From the IMG/VR virus record IMGVR_UViG_3300032308_001681, positions 30,542 through 94,541 of that record: a stretch of DNA of 64,000 nucleotides; one strand, written 5' to 3'. Shown here piece by piece: positions 30,976 to 39,819 of this stretch (its first letter is position 1; each line of letters begins with the position of its first letter). The notes beneath the pieces are model-generated. The model made no database searches. It was not told where the DNA came from and saw only the letters and a program-made list of their open reading frames with translations. The stretch is from a virus. A program made the translations under genes and the position numbers.

Positions 30976-31461
30976 ATGTACATACTTGTAGAACTTGATA
31001 CCGTGCTAAAAAACCAAGAAGACAAACCGATTCCTGCAGGAGTCATTATGGCCTCCACGCTTACGGCGTACAACAGGCTTACATATATGACTTCATCTGC
31101 TGAGGATGAGGCTATTCGTTGGTTAGACACACACAAAATTGTGGACTTTGACAACATCATCGACAGGTCTGTTGGTCTTGTAGACGAGCCTTTGGCTAAA
31201 CGTCAACTAATCTTTGCTCGGGCTCGAGGCCCTGTCGAACTGTTCATAACAGGTAACCCCAGCATGTGGGTCTTTGCGTTTGAGCAAGGCATTCCTTCGG
31301 TGCTGTTTGGTGCACCGGAGTACTCTCGCCCAGAGTTCCGTCCAGACGCTCCAAAGCGGGTACGCTCATGGGATGAGGTGCAGGCGGCCATAGACAAACA
31401 AAACGCGGTTCGTACACAAGACCTGCGTCTAACCCGTACAGAAAGTCTCCCCTTCGAATGA
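30976..31461 (+). CDS. HAD-like fold protein (degenerate)
   Basis: 'ILVELDTVL', 'YMTS', 'RWL'; PNK-phosphatase-like layout lacking the canonical DxD. Confidence 0.5.
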   Translation: MYILVELDTVLKNQEDKPIPAGVIMASTLTAYNRLTYMTSSAEDEAIRWLDTHKIVDFDNIIDRSVGLVDEPLAKRQLIFARARGPVELFITGNPSMWVFAFEQGIPSVLFGAPEYSRPEFRPDAPKRVRSWDEVQAAIDKQNAVRTQDLRLTRTESLPFE

Positions 31462-32954
31462 AGTTGATTTTTGGCGGAGTAGAGATTCCCAGTAACAGGA
31501 CTCTTCTTGAGCGCAACGGCGTTGAGCAAGTCATGCTTTCTTACTGGGGCTTGCGCAAACGCGGGCTTCCTAAAACCAAGTTGTACCTCATTGACGAGCA
31601 CTTCTTTCCCGGCATGAAAGTCTGGGTTGACTCTGGTGCTGTACAGGCCGACAAATCTAACTTGTCTGAACGTGAACTTGAAGAGTACGCTGCAGATTAC
31701 GAAGATTTTATTGCTGTAAACCATGACCGCATTGAGGGCTGGGTTGAGTTTGACAGCCAGAAATTTGGGTTGCCCAAGATTCAGCAGAACCGTGCAGCCT
31801 TTGAACATGACCCCAAGATGTGGGTGGTCTGGCATGAGGCGTACGGCACAATGGTGCTCCAGCGATGGGCAGCGGAGTACTCCAACATTGCTATTCCATC
31901 TTCTACCATCGAGTCGGTGACTTCTTTGGCTGGCCTGACTCGAGGCTTGTTGAGCAAGCACCCCGTCACGTTCCATGCACTGGCTACGGCCAAGCCAGAC
32001 AACCTTCGTCAGATTCCTTTTGCTTCTGCTTCTACTCTGTCTTACTTGTCGCCTATGCGACGCGGAGAAACCATCGTATGGGATGGTACAAAACTCGTAC
32101 GTTACCCCAAGAAGATGAAGGCTCAAGCTCGTCCTCGTTACCGAGCGGTAGTGACAAACGCCGGACTAGACTTCGATAAGTTCATTTCAGACGACACTCT
32201 TGAGGCCACCCGCTTAGCAATCTGGTCATATTTACAGTTGGAGAAGACCATGGATAAAGACAAACCAGACTTGAAAGCCATCAAAGGTGGCAAGATAGTA
32301 GACAACAGTGACGACACCCTATACACCGGTTTGATGGATTTGATAGGGGGTACTTCTACTAACAGCGGTGTTGAGATGCGGAAACCCGAACGGGCAGAGG
32401 TAATTCAGCGAGACCCACAAGAAGTCACTTCCATGCCTGTCTTTGGCTACCAAATGAAGACTATTGTGGACACCGACGATGCGGGCAACGACATCCTCAA
32501 ACAGGTTCCTGTTGTACACACAAATGCAACATCTATCCGCCAGTGCGACACTTGCTTTGTGGCCTCTACATGCCCTGCTTTCAAAGAGAATAACACCTGT
32601 GCTTTCAATCTTCCAGTAGAGGTAAAAACCAAAGAACAACTCAAGTCTCTGCTCACTGCAATAATTGAAATGCAAGGGCAAAGAGTGGCTTTTATGCGTT
32701 TCTCTGAAGAAATGAATGGCGGTTACGCCGACCCAAACACCTCGCAAGAAATCGACCGGTTGTTCAAACTTGTCCAGTCTGTAAAGGAGTTGGAAGAGAA
32801 CCGGGAGTTTGTACGAATCACCGCAGAACGACAGTCTGCTGGAGGTGTGCTCTCGGCTATATTTGGCGACAGAGCACAGGCACTTAGAGAAATGGAACAA
32901 CCGCTCAACGAAGAGCAGACGACGACAATTATCCGCCAGTCAATCGAAGACTGA
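31458..32954 (+). CDS. TGT/DpdA-like barrel protein with C-terminal CxxC-x5-C domain
   Basis: 'MLSYW', 'VWVDSGA', 'Y..FI', 'VVWH', 'FHAL', 'PF.S'; 'CDTCFVASTCPAF...C'. Confidence 0.5.
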   Translation: MKLIFGGVEIPSNRTLLERNGVEQVMLSYWGLRKRGLPKTKLYLIDEHFFPGMKVWVDSGAVQADKSNLSERELEEYAADYEDFIAVNHDRIEGWVEFDSQKFGLPKIQQNRAAFEHDPKMWVVWHEAYGTMVLQRWAAEYSNIAIPSSTIESVTSLAGLTRGLLSKHPVTFHALATAKPDNLRQIPFASASTLSYLSPMRRGETIVWDGTKLVRYPKKMKAQARPRYRAVVTNAGLDFDKFISDDTLEATRLAIWSYLQLEKTMDKDKPDLKAIKGGKIVDNSDDTLYTGLMDLIGGTSTNSGVEMRKPERAEVIQRDPQEVTSMPVFGYQMKTIVDTDDAGNDILKQVPVVHTNATSIRQCDTCFVASTCPAFKENNTCAFNLPVEVKTKEQLKSLLTAIIEMQGQRVAFMRFSEEMNGGYADPNTSQEIDRLFKLVQSVKELEENREFVRITAERQSAGGVLSAIFGDRAQALREMEQPLNEEQTTTIIRQSIED

Positions 32955-32980
32955 TAGTAGACAATAGGACTACATAGGCT

Positions 32981-33352
32981 ATGAAACAACGGACTCTCGA
33001 AAACAGCGAAGTAATTATCATTGACGAACCTGTCACTACCCGTGTTAGGCGAAAGGCTTTTAGCCAAAAACGTTATCTGTACGGAATTGACGAAGACCAG
33101 TACATGGCTATCGCCAAGGCTCAAAACTATAAGTGTGCTTCCTGCGGAGACGACGCGCGAGGATACGAGCATACGCTTTGCCTTGACCATGACCATGTTA
33201 CTAATGAAGTTAGGGGGCTCTTGTGTTCGGGCTGCAATACAGCTTTGGGGTGGCTTGAAGATAGCCCGGAACGAATCACCAAACTTGCACGCTATATTCG
33301 CAAAGGTGGCCTTGGGGTTTTTGTAACCGACAAGCACGCTGAGCGCATGTAA
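32981..33352 (+). CDS. recombination endonuclease VII-like (His-Me) nuclease
   Basis: 'YGI...Y...Q..KCASC...LDHDH.T..VRGLLC..CN..LG'. Confidence 0.9.
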   Translation: MKQRTLENSEVIIIDEPVTTRVRRKAFSQKRYLYGIDEDQYMAIAKAQNYKCASCGDDARGYEHTLCLDHDHVTNEVRGLLCSGCNTALGWLEDSPERITKLARYIRKGGLGVFVTDKHAERM

Positions 33353-33389
33353 AAGAGGAAGCCCCACCCTTCTGGTAAGGCTTCCTCTT
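33353..33389. terminator. bidirectional terminator between convergent units
   Basis: AAGAGGAAGCC / GGCTTCCTCTT inverted repeat. Confidence 0.7.
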
Positions 33390-33403
33390 CTGGTACGGCT
33401 TCT

Positions 33404-34657
33404 CTACATGAAGTCTGCTACTGCTTCATGTGCTTTCGATACTTGCTGACGGACTCGGTGCAAGTACCCTTCTGTTGTAGAAATTGACTGGTGGCCAAGA
33501 CGCTCCTTGACTTCGTGCAAGTCAACTCCATTCTTGAGTAACTGAGTTGCGTTTGTGTGGCGCAGGTCATGCGTTCGAGGCATCCATGTCATGCCGGACA
33601 GGCGAACTGCTGTACGCCATATCGTACGCCATACATCTCGAGAGAGATGGTCTTCGCTATTGGTGCTGGACGCACCAGTCAACTGACCTTTTAGCATTCT
33701 CCAGTTCTGCTGGTACAGCATGTTGGCTGTTCGACATTCGACACATCGACAACCGCCCTTGGTGTACCCGGTTCGAGTTCCATGCTCATGCTCCATCTCT
33801 TTCTTCGGCGACGAGATGTCCACAATCTTTTTGGCAACCCGGCGGCGGGGAAACAGTAACTCCTCTTGCTGTACATGGTGCTGTACAGCGTAAGACATCA
33901 ACTCATCCATTAGAGGCTTTCCTAGAGTAATTACTCTTGTTCGGCCGCTCTTTGTTCCTTCGATTACTCGAAAGCGCTTGCCTTCGTTTACCTGCGCACC
34001 GAGGTCACTTACGCGACGGCGAACATGGACTTCATTCGTAGTCGCATCCAAGTCTGACAGTCGGAGTTCTGTTGCCTCACCAAATCGACACCCAGAAACC
34101 ACAAGCATCTTGGCCAGCAACCTCGCGCTGTCGTTTGGCAAGTACGGCAATACTCCGTGAAACTCCTCTGGACTCATCACGTTGATTCCCACGGTCTTTC
34201 GTACGGTCTTCACCGTAACCTTGTGGGTAGGGTTCACCTCGATTAGGTCATACTCCAGCAACTCCTTGAAGGCAGAGCCCAAAGCAGACTTCACATGCGT
34301 GCGTACAGCACCGCTCAATCCAGCCGTAGAAAGCCGTTGAAGCAGCATCCGAACCTGCACACGAGTAATCTCGCCAATCTTCTTTGTGCCCAGCACTGGC
34401 AATACATGTGTAGACAACACAGACTGGTAATTTTTTTTGGTGATGGGCATCAGGTCGGCGTTCGCCAGCCATGCTCGGACGTACTCGGCCAAAGTCATGC
34501 TCAGGCGGTACTCTCCAAGTTCGCCCTGCTCTTGGGCAACCTCTGCTCTTGCTAAGGCTTCTGCTTCTGTATCAAACGTACCGGCCGATTTCCGGGTACC
34601 ACCTTTGTCTCGGTAGTACCCGGTGAATCGACTGCCACGCGCTATGGCGTAGACCAT
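33404..34657 (-). CDS. int: tyrosine recombinase/integrase with Zn-finger-like insertion
   Basis: 'GCRFGEA', 'THDLRH', 'LGHQSISTTEGY'; N-terminal arm- and core-binding domains. Confidence 0.9.
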   Translation of the reverse strand: MVYAIARGSRFTGYYRDKGGTRKSAGTFDTEAEALARAEVAQEQGELGEYRLSMTLAEYVRAWLANADLMPITKKNYQSVLSTHVLPVLGTKKIGEITRVQVRMLLQRLSTAGLSGAVRTHVKSALGSAFKELLEYDLIEVNPTHKVTVKTVRKTVGINVMSPEEFHGVLPYLPNDSARLLAKMLVVSGCRFGEATELRLSDLDATTNEVHVRRRVSDLGAQVNEGKRFRVIEGTKSGRTRVITLGKPLMDELMSYAVQHHVQQEELLFPRRRVAKKIVDISSPKKEMEHEHGTRTGYTKGGCRCVECRTANMLYQQNWRMLKGQLTGASSTNSEDHLSRDVWRTIWRTAVRLSGMTWMPRTHDLRHTNATQLLKNGVDLHEVKERLGHQSISTTEGYLHRVRQQVSKAHEAVADFM

Positions 34658-34860
34658 TACTCCTCCACTAATTCAATCTTTTGGTTTTGGAAGTCCCACG
34701 AGTCGACTAGCGCCTTGCTCCACAGGGGCTTGTTCCCGACGTACATATCCGGCATTGGAAGGATGCCTCGCTTTCGATACGTCCAGAGATTTGGGTAGTT
34801 TATGCCAGCGTGCTCGGCCAACTCCCTTGCGGTCATCCAGTTGTTGCTCAGGTTGTTCAT
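34657..34860 (-). CDS. excisionase/AlpA-like HTH protein
   Basis: 'MTARELAEHAGI...L..Y..RG.LP.PD..VG..PLW'; adjacent to integrase. Confidence 0.7.
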   Translation of the reverse strand: MNNLSNNWMTARELAEHAGINYPNLWTYRKRGILPMPDMYVGNKPLWSKALVDSWDFQNQKIELVEE

Positions 34861-35162
34861 TTCTTTTTACCTTTCGAGGTGTTGTTTTCATTGAATCGCT
34901 CCTTCAGTTCTTTGATGTGTACTTCTTTTGTACGGTGACCACGACGGATGCGAGCACGCTCCCACTCTGACGCGCCTCCCCAGATACCATGTGTTTCATT
35001 GTTTGCTATGGCAACAGTTAGGCAGACTTCTACCTCGGGGCACATTGAGCAAATACGCTTGGCCGAGTTAGACATGCCACTGTCGCCCGGGGGTGGAAAG
35101 AATACGTCTGGTGCTGTTTGAGCGCAGAGCGCATTGTCGGGGTCAACTTGGGGGGTGTTCAT
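34857..35162 (-). CDS. whiB: WhiB-family transcription factor
   Basis: 'ALCAQTAPDVFFP...AKRICSMCP....CL..A......GIWGG'. Confidence 0.9.
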   Translation of the reverse strand: MNTPQVDPDNALCAQTAPDVFFPPPGDSGMSNSAKRICSMCPEVEVCLTVAIANNETHGIWGGASEWERARIRRGHRTKEVHIKELKERFNENNTSKGKKK

Positions 35163-35371
35163 TGTGCTTCCTGCTCTTGATAGCCGTGCTGTTTGAGGTT
35201 CCGCTGTATTTGAAACACGGCGTTGATGTCGGACGGTGTGCCGGACGACCATACAGAAGTCCCATCGGGAGACCTCCACTTCAGGTGATTGTTGGTTCTT
35301 CGAGTGACTATCCATCCCTGCCTCTCGGCCTTGCGAATGAGGATAGTCAGTTCTTTAGGGGTTCCCCTCAT
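35159..35371 (-). CDS. HicA-like small protein
   Basis: 'LIRKAERQGW.V....NHLKW.SPDG...SGTPSD'. Confidence 0.6.
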   Translation of the reverse strand: MRGTPKELTILIRKAERQGWIVTRRTNNHLKWRSPDGTSVWSSGTPSDINAVFQIQRNLKQHGYQEQEAQ

Positions 35372-35868
35372 CGGGCTCCCCAGACGTACTCATAGGCTTC
35401 TGGGGCGACTCCAGTATCCTCAGCCCAGCCAAACTGGCTGTACCACGCGTAGTTCTTGCACAGCAGGGCCGTGCGGTGGCTTGAAGCAATAGCATCCATC
35501 CGAGGGCCGTCTTCGGCCCATGGCGGTAATGTTCCGGCCTCGTCAAGGATGCCCAGTGCTCGGGCACGCTCCAGTGTGGCGTGTGCTTTGGTGTCGATGG
35601 TGGTCTTGTAACCACGCTCGCGCCACTCTTCGCACATCCAATCTATGTAGTGCCCCAAAGCAACTTCGTAGCCTCGCCACATCTTGGTGGCCGGGTGGTT
35701 GTACCAGCCCTTGGGCTCCCGGTGGTTGCCCTCTGGGTCGAGTTTGAGGTTGGTCAGCATAATCTGCCAAGCCTCAAGCGCCTGCTTGTTGAGGCGCTTG
35801 TTGTCCAACTGCTGTGCGGTCATTTCAAACGCATAACGCCCATTGGTCGATGTAATAAATGTCTGCAT
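35368..35868 (-). CDS. pyrimidine-dimer glycosylase-like protein (MSMEG_6728 family)
   Basis: 'MQTF...LDNKRL.KQ.LEA.QI', 'GW.NHPA..MWRG', 'SHR..LL.K...WY'. Confidence 0.75.
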   Translation of the reverse strand: MQTFITSTNGRYAFEMTAQQLDNKRLNKQALEAWQIMLTNLKLDPEGNHREPKGWYNHPATKMWRGYEVALGHYIDWMCEEWRERGYKTTIDTKAHATLERARALGILDEAGTLPPWAEDGPRMDAIASSHRTALLCKNYAWYSQFGWAEDTGVAPEAYEYVWGAR

Positions 35869-35890
35869 TTCTAACCCTCCTGTGATTAGT

Positions 35891-36106
35891 TTAGTCGGTT
35901 TCTTCTGGTACATCTTTTGCGTCTTTAGGGTGGCAATCGCACCCACAAGTGACGGTCGCATTGTACGATTCAAACGCTACGATGCAGTTTTTGTGGTTGT
36001 TATCATCCGGTAGACACCAACCAAACAACGAAGTACCAAGGGATTCTTTTGGCACGAGACCTCCAATAAAAATAAAGATGGACGACTGCTGTACGCGTAT
36101 GTACAA
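35891..36106 (-). CDS. small Cys-rich hypothetical protein
   Basis: 'GWC....H..C...CGCDCH'; start uncertain. Confidence 0.5.
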   Translation of the reverse strand: MYIRVQQSSIFIFIGGLVPKESLGTSLFGWCLPDDNNHKNCIVAFESYNATVTCGCDCHPKDAKDVPEETD

Positions 36107-36152
36107 CAGCCGTCCATCATGGGTACCGCCACGGGGTGCAGCGGCTTTACAA

Positions 36153-36482
36153 CTATTTCCTTACATCCAACTCGACGACTTGGTCTTTCTCCACAAGGTA
36201 CTCGGAGAGCAACCCCTGTGTTGCGCTGATGAGGTGTGCCGACAGAAGTATGTCGGTATTTCCAGTCGACTCTTTTATTGCGTTGGCAATCACCATGCCC
36301 TTGAGCAGGTCACCCACCTCACGCTTCAAAAGACGTGAGGACTTGGCCGTGAACTCTACGTTCTGCTCACGTCCGGTAGACCAGAAGGCTACCCAGAGGT
36401 ACCTCTTTCGATGGTGTCGTGCTTCCTGTATGGCCTGTACGGCCACTACAGCATCTTTGAATATGTTTTGTATCGTACCCAT
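36153..36482 (-). CDS. hypothetical protein
   Basis: SD GAAAGGAG; start reassigned to MGTIQN. Confidence 0.7.
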   Translation of the reverse strand: MGTIQNIFKDAVVAVQAIQEARHHRKRYLWVAFWSTGREQNVEFTAKSSRLLKREVGDLLKGMVIANAIKESTGNTDILLSAHLISATQGLLSEYLVEKDQVVELDVRK

Positions 36483-36513
36483 GTTGCTCCTTTCGTTACG
36501 CGACCTAGTCGCT

Positions 36514-36555
36514 GTGCCTGCCCCGGACTTGCACCGGGGGGTCTGCTGGTCAGGC
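36514..36555 (-). ncRNA. tRNA-like intergenic element E1
   Basis: GCCTG-ACCAGCAGACC-CCCCGG[TGCAAGT]CCGGGG-CAGGC-AC. Confidence 0.7.
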
Positions 36556-36562
36556 TTTGTTG

Positions 36563-36739
36563 CTACTTGCTCTCGGGGTTTATGAGTTGAATCGCCGGAA
36601 CACCTACCATAATCTTTTTGCTCCGAACCACCTTCCCCTTGCTCTCCCCAAACAACTCCCACGCTTCTTGTCGGGAAGCGCCTTCGACGATAACGCGTCT
36701 TAGCGTTGTTTCTTGCCAAGTTATTTCGTAGGTGTTCAT
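36563..36739 (-). CDS. hypothetical protein
   Basis: SD GAAGGA; MNTYEITW... Confidence 0.65.
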   Translation of the reverse strand: MNTYEITWQETTLRRVIVEGASRQEAWELFGESKGKVVRSKKIMVGVPAIQLINPESK

Positions 36740-36894
36740 TTGTTTCCTTCCTTGATAATCGTAATCATGCGGTGATAAGTGCACCGGTGGTCAGGGTCAC
36801 ACTCACATTCGGTTTCGAGAAGCGCGATGATGCGCTCGCGCTCAGCCTCCTGACCACGCACGAAATTGCGTTGTGCTGAGGTGGGTGAAGTCAT
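36736..36894 (-). CDS. small protein, G-x3-ERERI family (not in ORF track)
   Basis: MTSPTSAQRNFVRGQEAERERIIALLE...; ATGA overlaps on both sides. Confidence 0.65.
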   Translation of the reverse strand: MTSPTSAQRNFVRGQEAERERIIALLETECECDPDHRCTYHRMITIIKEGNK

Positions 36895-37070
36895 ACCTTC
36901 CCCTCCACTAGGTCGATGAAAGCGGACTGACGCGCCCCAAACCAGATGGGGTGCGTGTCGTCCTTTACAACTTCCAGCAAGCGCTCACGCTCGCTCTGTA
37001 CGCCTGCTTGAAAGGCTTCTGCCGACATCCGGCGCACCTGTTCAAGGCTGAGAGTTACTTCGTCTTGCAT
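36891..37070 (-). CDS. small protein, G-x3-ERER family
   Basis: SD AAGGAG; 'AGVQSERERLLEVV'. Confidence 0.65.
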   Translation of the reverse strand: MQDEVTLSLEQVRRMSAEAFQAGVQSERERLLEVVKDDTHPIWFGARQSAFIDLVEGKV

Positions 37071-37288
37071 GTGTGTTCTCCTTTTATTGTTCGTGCCATC
37101 TGAATAGCGTTTTGGTATTGCTGAGAGAAGGCCTCGTCGTCGAGCCACTCGGCCTCCTCCTTAGCGTTGTTGAGTACGCGCAAACATTCCAGCGTGTCCT
37201 CTGTCATTGGCCGACCGTGGTCGACGTAACACTTCCACAGTTCGTGGATTGCTTCTGCCACGGCTTGCTTGTCCGTGACGCTCTTCAC
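37055..37288 (-). CDS. hypothetical protein
   Basis: GTGA overlap. Confidence 0.6.
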   Translation of the reverse strand: MKSVTDKQAVAEAIHELWKCYVDHGRPMTEDTLECLRVLNNAKEEAEWLDDEAFSQQYQNAIQMARTIKGEHTCKTK

Positions 37289-37452
37289 TTGGCATCTTCG
37301 GGGTTGCTATCCATGCACAGGTAAACGATTTGCTCCATCGCTACTTGCGGAGTAATCATCCCTTCTGTGTACGAAATGGCCACCTTCATCACTTCTGTGT
37401 ACGTTTTGATGATTCGTACGGTTTCGTTGATGCGCCGAGTGTTTTCATCCAT
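37285..37452 (-). CDS. hypothetical protein
   Basis: SD AAGGAG; MDENTRR... Confidence 0.6.
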   Translation of the reverse strand: MDENTRRINETVRIIKTYTEVMKVAISYTEGMITPQVAMEQIVYLCMDSNPEDAK

Positions 37453-37551
37453 CTGCTTGGTTCTCCTTTTTGTATGGGCTCTGTACAGGCTTGTACAAAA
37501 CATGTATTGCTGAGGTGTTGCTGGAACTCCCGCGGCCGTTCGCACGGAACT

Positions 37552-38058
37552 CTATTTGGCGAGGCTTTTGTACACATCCAGTATTGGCTGTACGAATGAC
37601 TGTACAAGAGGAGGGCACAAGGGGTTCCAAGACACGTCTTCTTGCTGGTTCTCTTCGTCAATCTGAGCAATCAGTTGGTCAATCGTCCAGCCTTCAGACT
37701 CTTCCCACAATGTGCGGTCAAGCACCTCGTCTAGTGGCTGAGCGCCATCGCCGTCGAGGACGAAGCCCTCGGGCGACAGCACCGCAAAGTGCTGTACGCG
37801 TTCCGAGTAACCCTCGTCGTACCACTCGTCGTCGACATCGTCGACATCGGCCTCGTTGGGAAAGAACGCCACGATGGGGAATCCAGTTTCGAGGTGGAGC
37901 GCCACAGCAAGACTGTGGCAGTTACCGTTGGTCAGCGCGTATGACGCGCTCTTGAGGTCGCCCTCGGCAACGGTCACCGAGCGCTTGCCACGAACGAGGT
38001 CGCCCTCAGCGTTGATAAACGAGCCACTACCAGCAATATCCAGTGTGATTTTTCCCAT
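37552..38058 (-). CDS. hypothetical protein with possible Cys-His catalytic pair
   Basis: 'NGNCHSLAVALH..TG.PI...HF.V....VLD..G'. Confidence 0.6.
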   Translation of the reverse strand: MGKITLDIAGSGSFINAEGDLVRGKRSVTVAEGDLKSASYALTNGNCHSLAVALHLETGFPIVAFFPNEADVDDVDDEWYDEGYSERVQHFAVLSPEGFVLDGDGAQPLDEVLDRTLWEESEGWTIDQLIAQIDEENQQEDVSWNPLCPPLVQSFVQPILDVYKSLAK

Positions 38059-38342
38059 TATTTTGCCTCCACGAATCGGTCGTACATGTCTCGGAAGTTG
38101 GTGTCGTCCATCTCGCTGGTCTCGAACACGCGCTCGATGTCTTCAGGCTTGACGGTCACGAACATCGCATCGCCGTTGTACAGGCGCGTGAAGTCGAGGT
38201 ACTCTTCGAGAAACTCAATCTCAGTGTTGGACAGGTTGGTCTCGTGTTCGGTCACGATGTCGAGAGGCTCAACAACGAGGAACTCGGCGCTCAGTCGGTC
38301 GAGCGACTTGTTGTACGCGAAGCGTATGTATTTTGTACTCAT
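38058..38342 (-). CDS. hypothetical protein
   Basis: SD GAAAGGA. Confidence 0.7.
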   Translation of the reverse strand: MSTKYIRFAYNKSLDRLSAEFLVVEPLDIVTEHETNLSNTEIEFLEEYLDFTRLYNGDAMFVTVKPEDIERVFETSEMDDTNFRDMYDRFVEAK

Positions 38343-38374
38343 GGTATTCCTTTCGTTAGGCGACCGGAGTCGCA

Positions 38375-38416
38375 GTGCCTGCCCGGGAGTCGCACCCGGG
38401 TCTCTGCTAGTCAGGC
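38375..38416 (-). ncRNA. tRNA-like intergenic element E2
   Basis: GCCTG-ACTAGCAGAGA-CCCGGG[TGCGACT]CCCGGG-CAGGC-AC. Confidence 0.7.
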
Positions 38417-38423
38417 TTTGGTG

Positions 38424-38717
38424 CTAGTCACCGTATCCGGGGGCGTGCATGGATACAGGTTTTGCTGTCTTGTTGGTAATGCAGTTGTGGCACAGCGTGT
38501 AGCCGTGGGTCTGCTCGAAGACCGAATTGCCAATGAGGCCATCGCACTCTTCACAGGAAGCGATGGCTTCAAGGCTGACCGGGAACTCCCAGTCACGCTC
38601 GTCGCTGGCCATCCACGCCTTCCCCTCGTCCCACGAGGTAAAGATGGGCGACCAACTCAGGGGCATCCAACAACGGTTTTCGTAGTCCTTGAACCACACT
38701 CGGTACTTGGGGCTCAT
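38424..38717 (-). CDS. zinc-binding hypothetical protein
   Basis: CEEC...CHNC. Confidence 0.65.
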   Translation of the reverse strand: MSPKYRVWFKDYENRCWMPLSWSPIFTSWDEGKAWMASDERDWEFPVSLEAIASCEECDGLIGNSVFEQTHGYTLCHNCITNKTAKPVSMHAPGYGD

Positions 38718-38980
38718 TTGCCTGCCTCCTCAAAGATTTTTACGCCCTGCTCAAAGTTGCTTACGTTGGTCAGGATGGCCTCGGCGAACAATCGAGCGTG
38801 TTCGTTCGAAATGTAGCACGAGAGTTTCTTGATTCTGTTGGTTCCATTACTCAAGCGAATCTCGATGAGGGTCATGTCGCTCAGGGTCAAGGTGGTCGTG
38901 ACTACCACCGGGTCTCCACGCCCATCGTCACGTCGGGTGGTTGCAATGTTGGGGCTTACTTTCTCTGTTGTAATGCTCAT
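38714..38980 (-). CDS. hypothetical protein
   Basis: SD GAAAGG. Confidence 0.65.
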   Translation of the reverse strand: MSITTEKVSPNIATTRRDDGRGDPVVVTTTLTLSDMTLIEIRLSNGTNRIKKLSCYISNEHARLFAEAILTNVSNFEQGVKIFEEAGK

Positions 38981-39012
38981 TGTGTACCTTTCTGTTGTAC
39001 GGCTAGGCCGTA

Positions 39013-39054
39013 GTGCCTGCCCCGGACTTGCACCGGAGTGTCTGCTGGTCAGGC
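39013..39054 (-). ncRNA. tRNA-like intergenic element E3
   Basis: GCCTG-ACCAGCAGACA-CTCCGG[TGCAAGT]CCGGGG-CAGGC-AC. Confidence 0.7.
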
Positions 39055-39070
39055 TTTGGTAATGCTTGTG

Positions 39071-39286
39071 CTATTGCTCTTGGGCAGGTTTTGTAGGTTC
39101 TGCTTTCTTCCAACCCTCCAACTGAAAGGTCGACTCCTCTTTCTCCCACGAGATTACCCGGGGGTCGTTGAGGTCGCATTCTCCGTCAAGGAGACGGTCA
39201 GCAACGCCTACGGCAGGAATGTAAACGTCTCTATCTACGGTGATGCGGTGTGTTCTTGTTTCGGTGTATGTGAAGGTGAGTGCCAT
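39071..39286 (-). CDS. hypothetical protein
   Basis: SD GAAAGGA; MALTFTY... Confidence 0.65.
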   Translation of the reverse strand: MALTFTYTETRTHRITVDRDVYIPAVGVADRLLDGECDLNDPRVISWEKEESTFQLEGWKKAEPTKPAQEQ

Positions 39287-39319
39287 GTTGTTTCCTTTCG
39301 TTTCCCGGCAAGGCCGGTC

Positions 39320-39361
39320 GTGCCAGCCCGGGGCTTGCACCCGGGAGCCTGCTGGTCTGGC
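39320..39361 (-). ncRNA. tRNA-like intergenic element E4
   Basis: GCCAG-ACCAGCAGGCT-CCCGGG[TGCAAGC]CCCGGG-CTGGC-AC; identical to E5 and E6. Confidence 0.7.
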
Positions 39362-39368
39362 TGTCGTG

Positions 39369-39533
39369 CTACTTCTTTTTCTTTGCAAAAATGCCGATGG
39401 CGATTGCTCCCCGGTCGCTGTCAGACGCCTCTTCAATTTTTTCCCAGTCCGCTTCAGTCCAACCCGAAGTGTCAATGGTGATGAGGTTGTCGGCATCGCC
39501 GTAGGAACCGTCGCTTGCAAAATACGTTGCCAT
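39369..39533 (-). CDS. 54-aa hypothetical protein (not in ORF track)
   Basis: SD AAGGAG; MATYFASDGSYGDADNLITIDTSGW...KKKK. Confidence 0.7.
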   Translation of the reverse strand: MATYFASDGSYGDADNLITIDTSGWTEADWEKIEEASDSDRGAIAIGIFAKKKK

Positions 39534-39568
39534 GTTGCTCTCCTTTTCTTGTTACGGCGGGTGCCGTA

Positions 39569-39610
39569 GTGCCAGCCCGGGGCTTGCACCCGGGAGCCTG
39601 CTGGTCTGGC
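39569..39610 (-). ncRNA. tRNA-like intergenic element E5
   Basis: Identical 42-mer to E4. Confidence 0.7.
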
Positions 39611-39648
39611 TGTCGTACAGGCCACGCATACGTTACCTGTACGTTGTG

Positions 39649-39819
39649 TCACTCTGGGTCTTCACTCGTCTCATCCTCGAACTCGACGAGAGTCGAGCCG
39701 TCGGTATCGAGTTGTCGATTCAGCGACAAACAGATGTTGCCGTCCTCTTCCTCGACGACTCGGATGTCTTTGAGTCCGACAAGGTCGAGCGCGTCGAGCG
39801 CCTGCTTGAGAGTGGTCAT
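39649..39819 (-). CDS. 56-aa acidic hypothetical protein (not in ORF track)
   Basis: SD GGAGG, ATGA overlap; MTTLKQALDALDL... Confidence 0.6.
   Translation of the reverse strand: MTTLKQALDALDLVGLKDIRVVEEEDGNICLSLNRQLDTDGSTLVEFEDETSEDPE

Noticed and set aside
35159-35371. HicAB toxin-antitoxin pair
   Set aside because: No HicB-like neighbour; the flanking genes are WhiB and a glycosylase-like gene.
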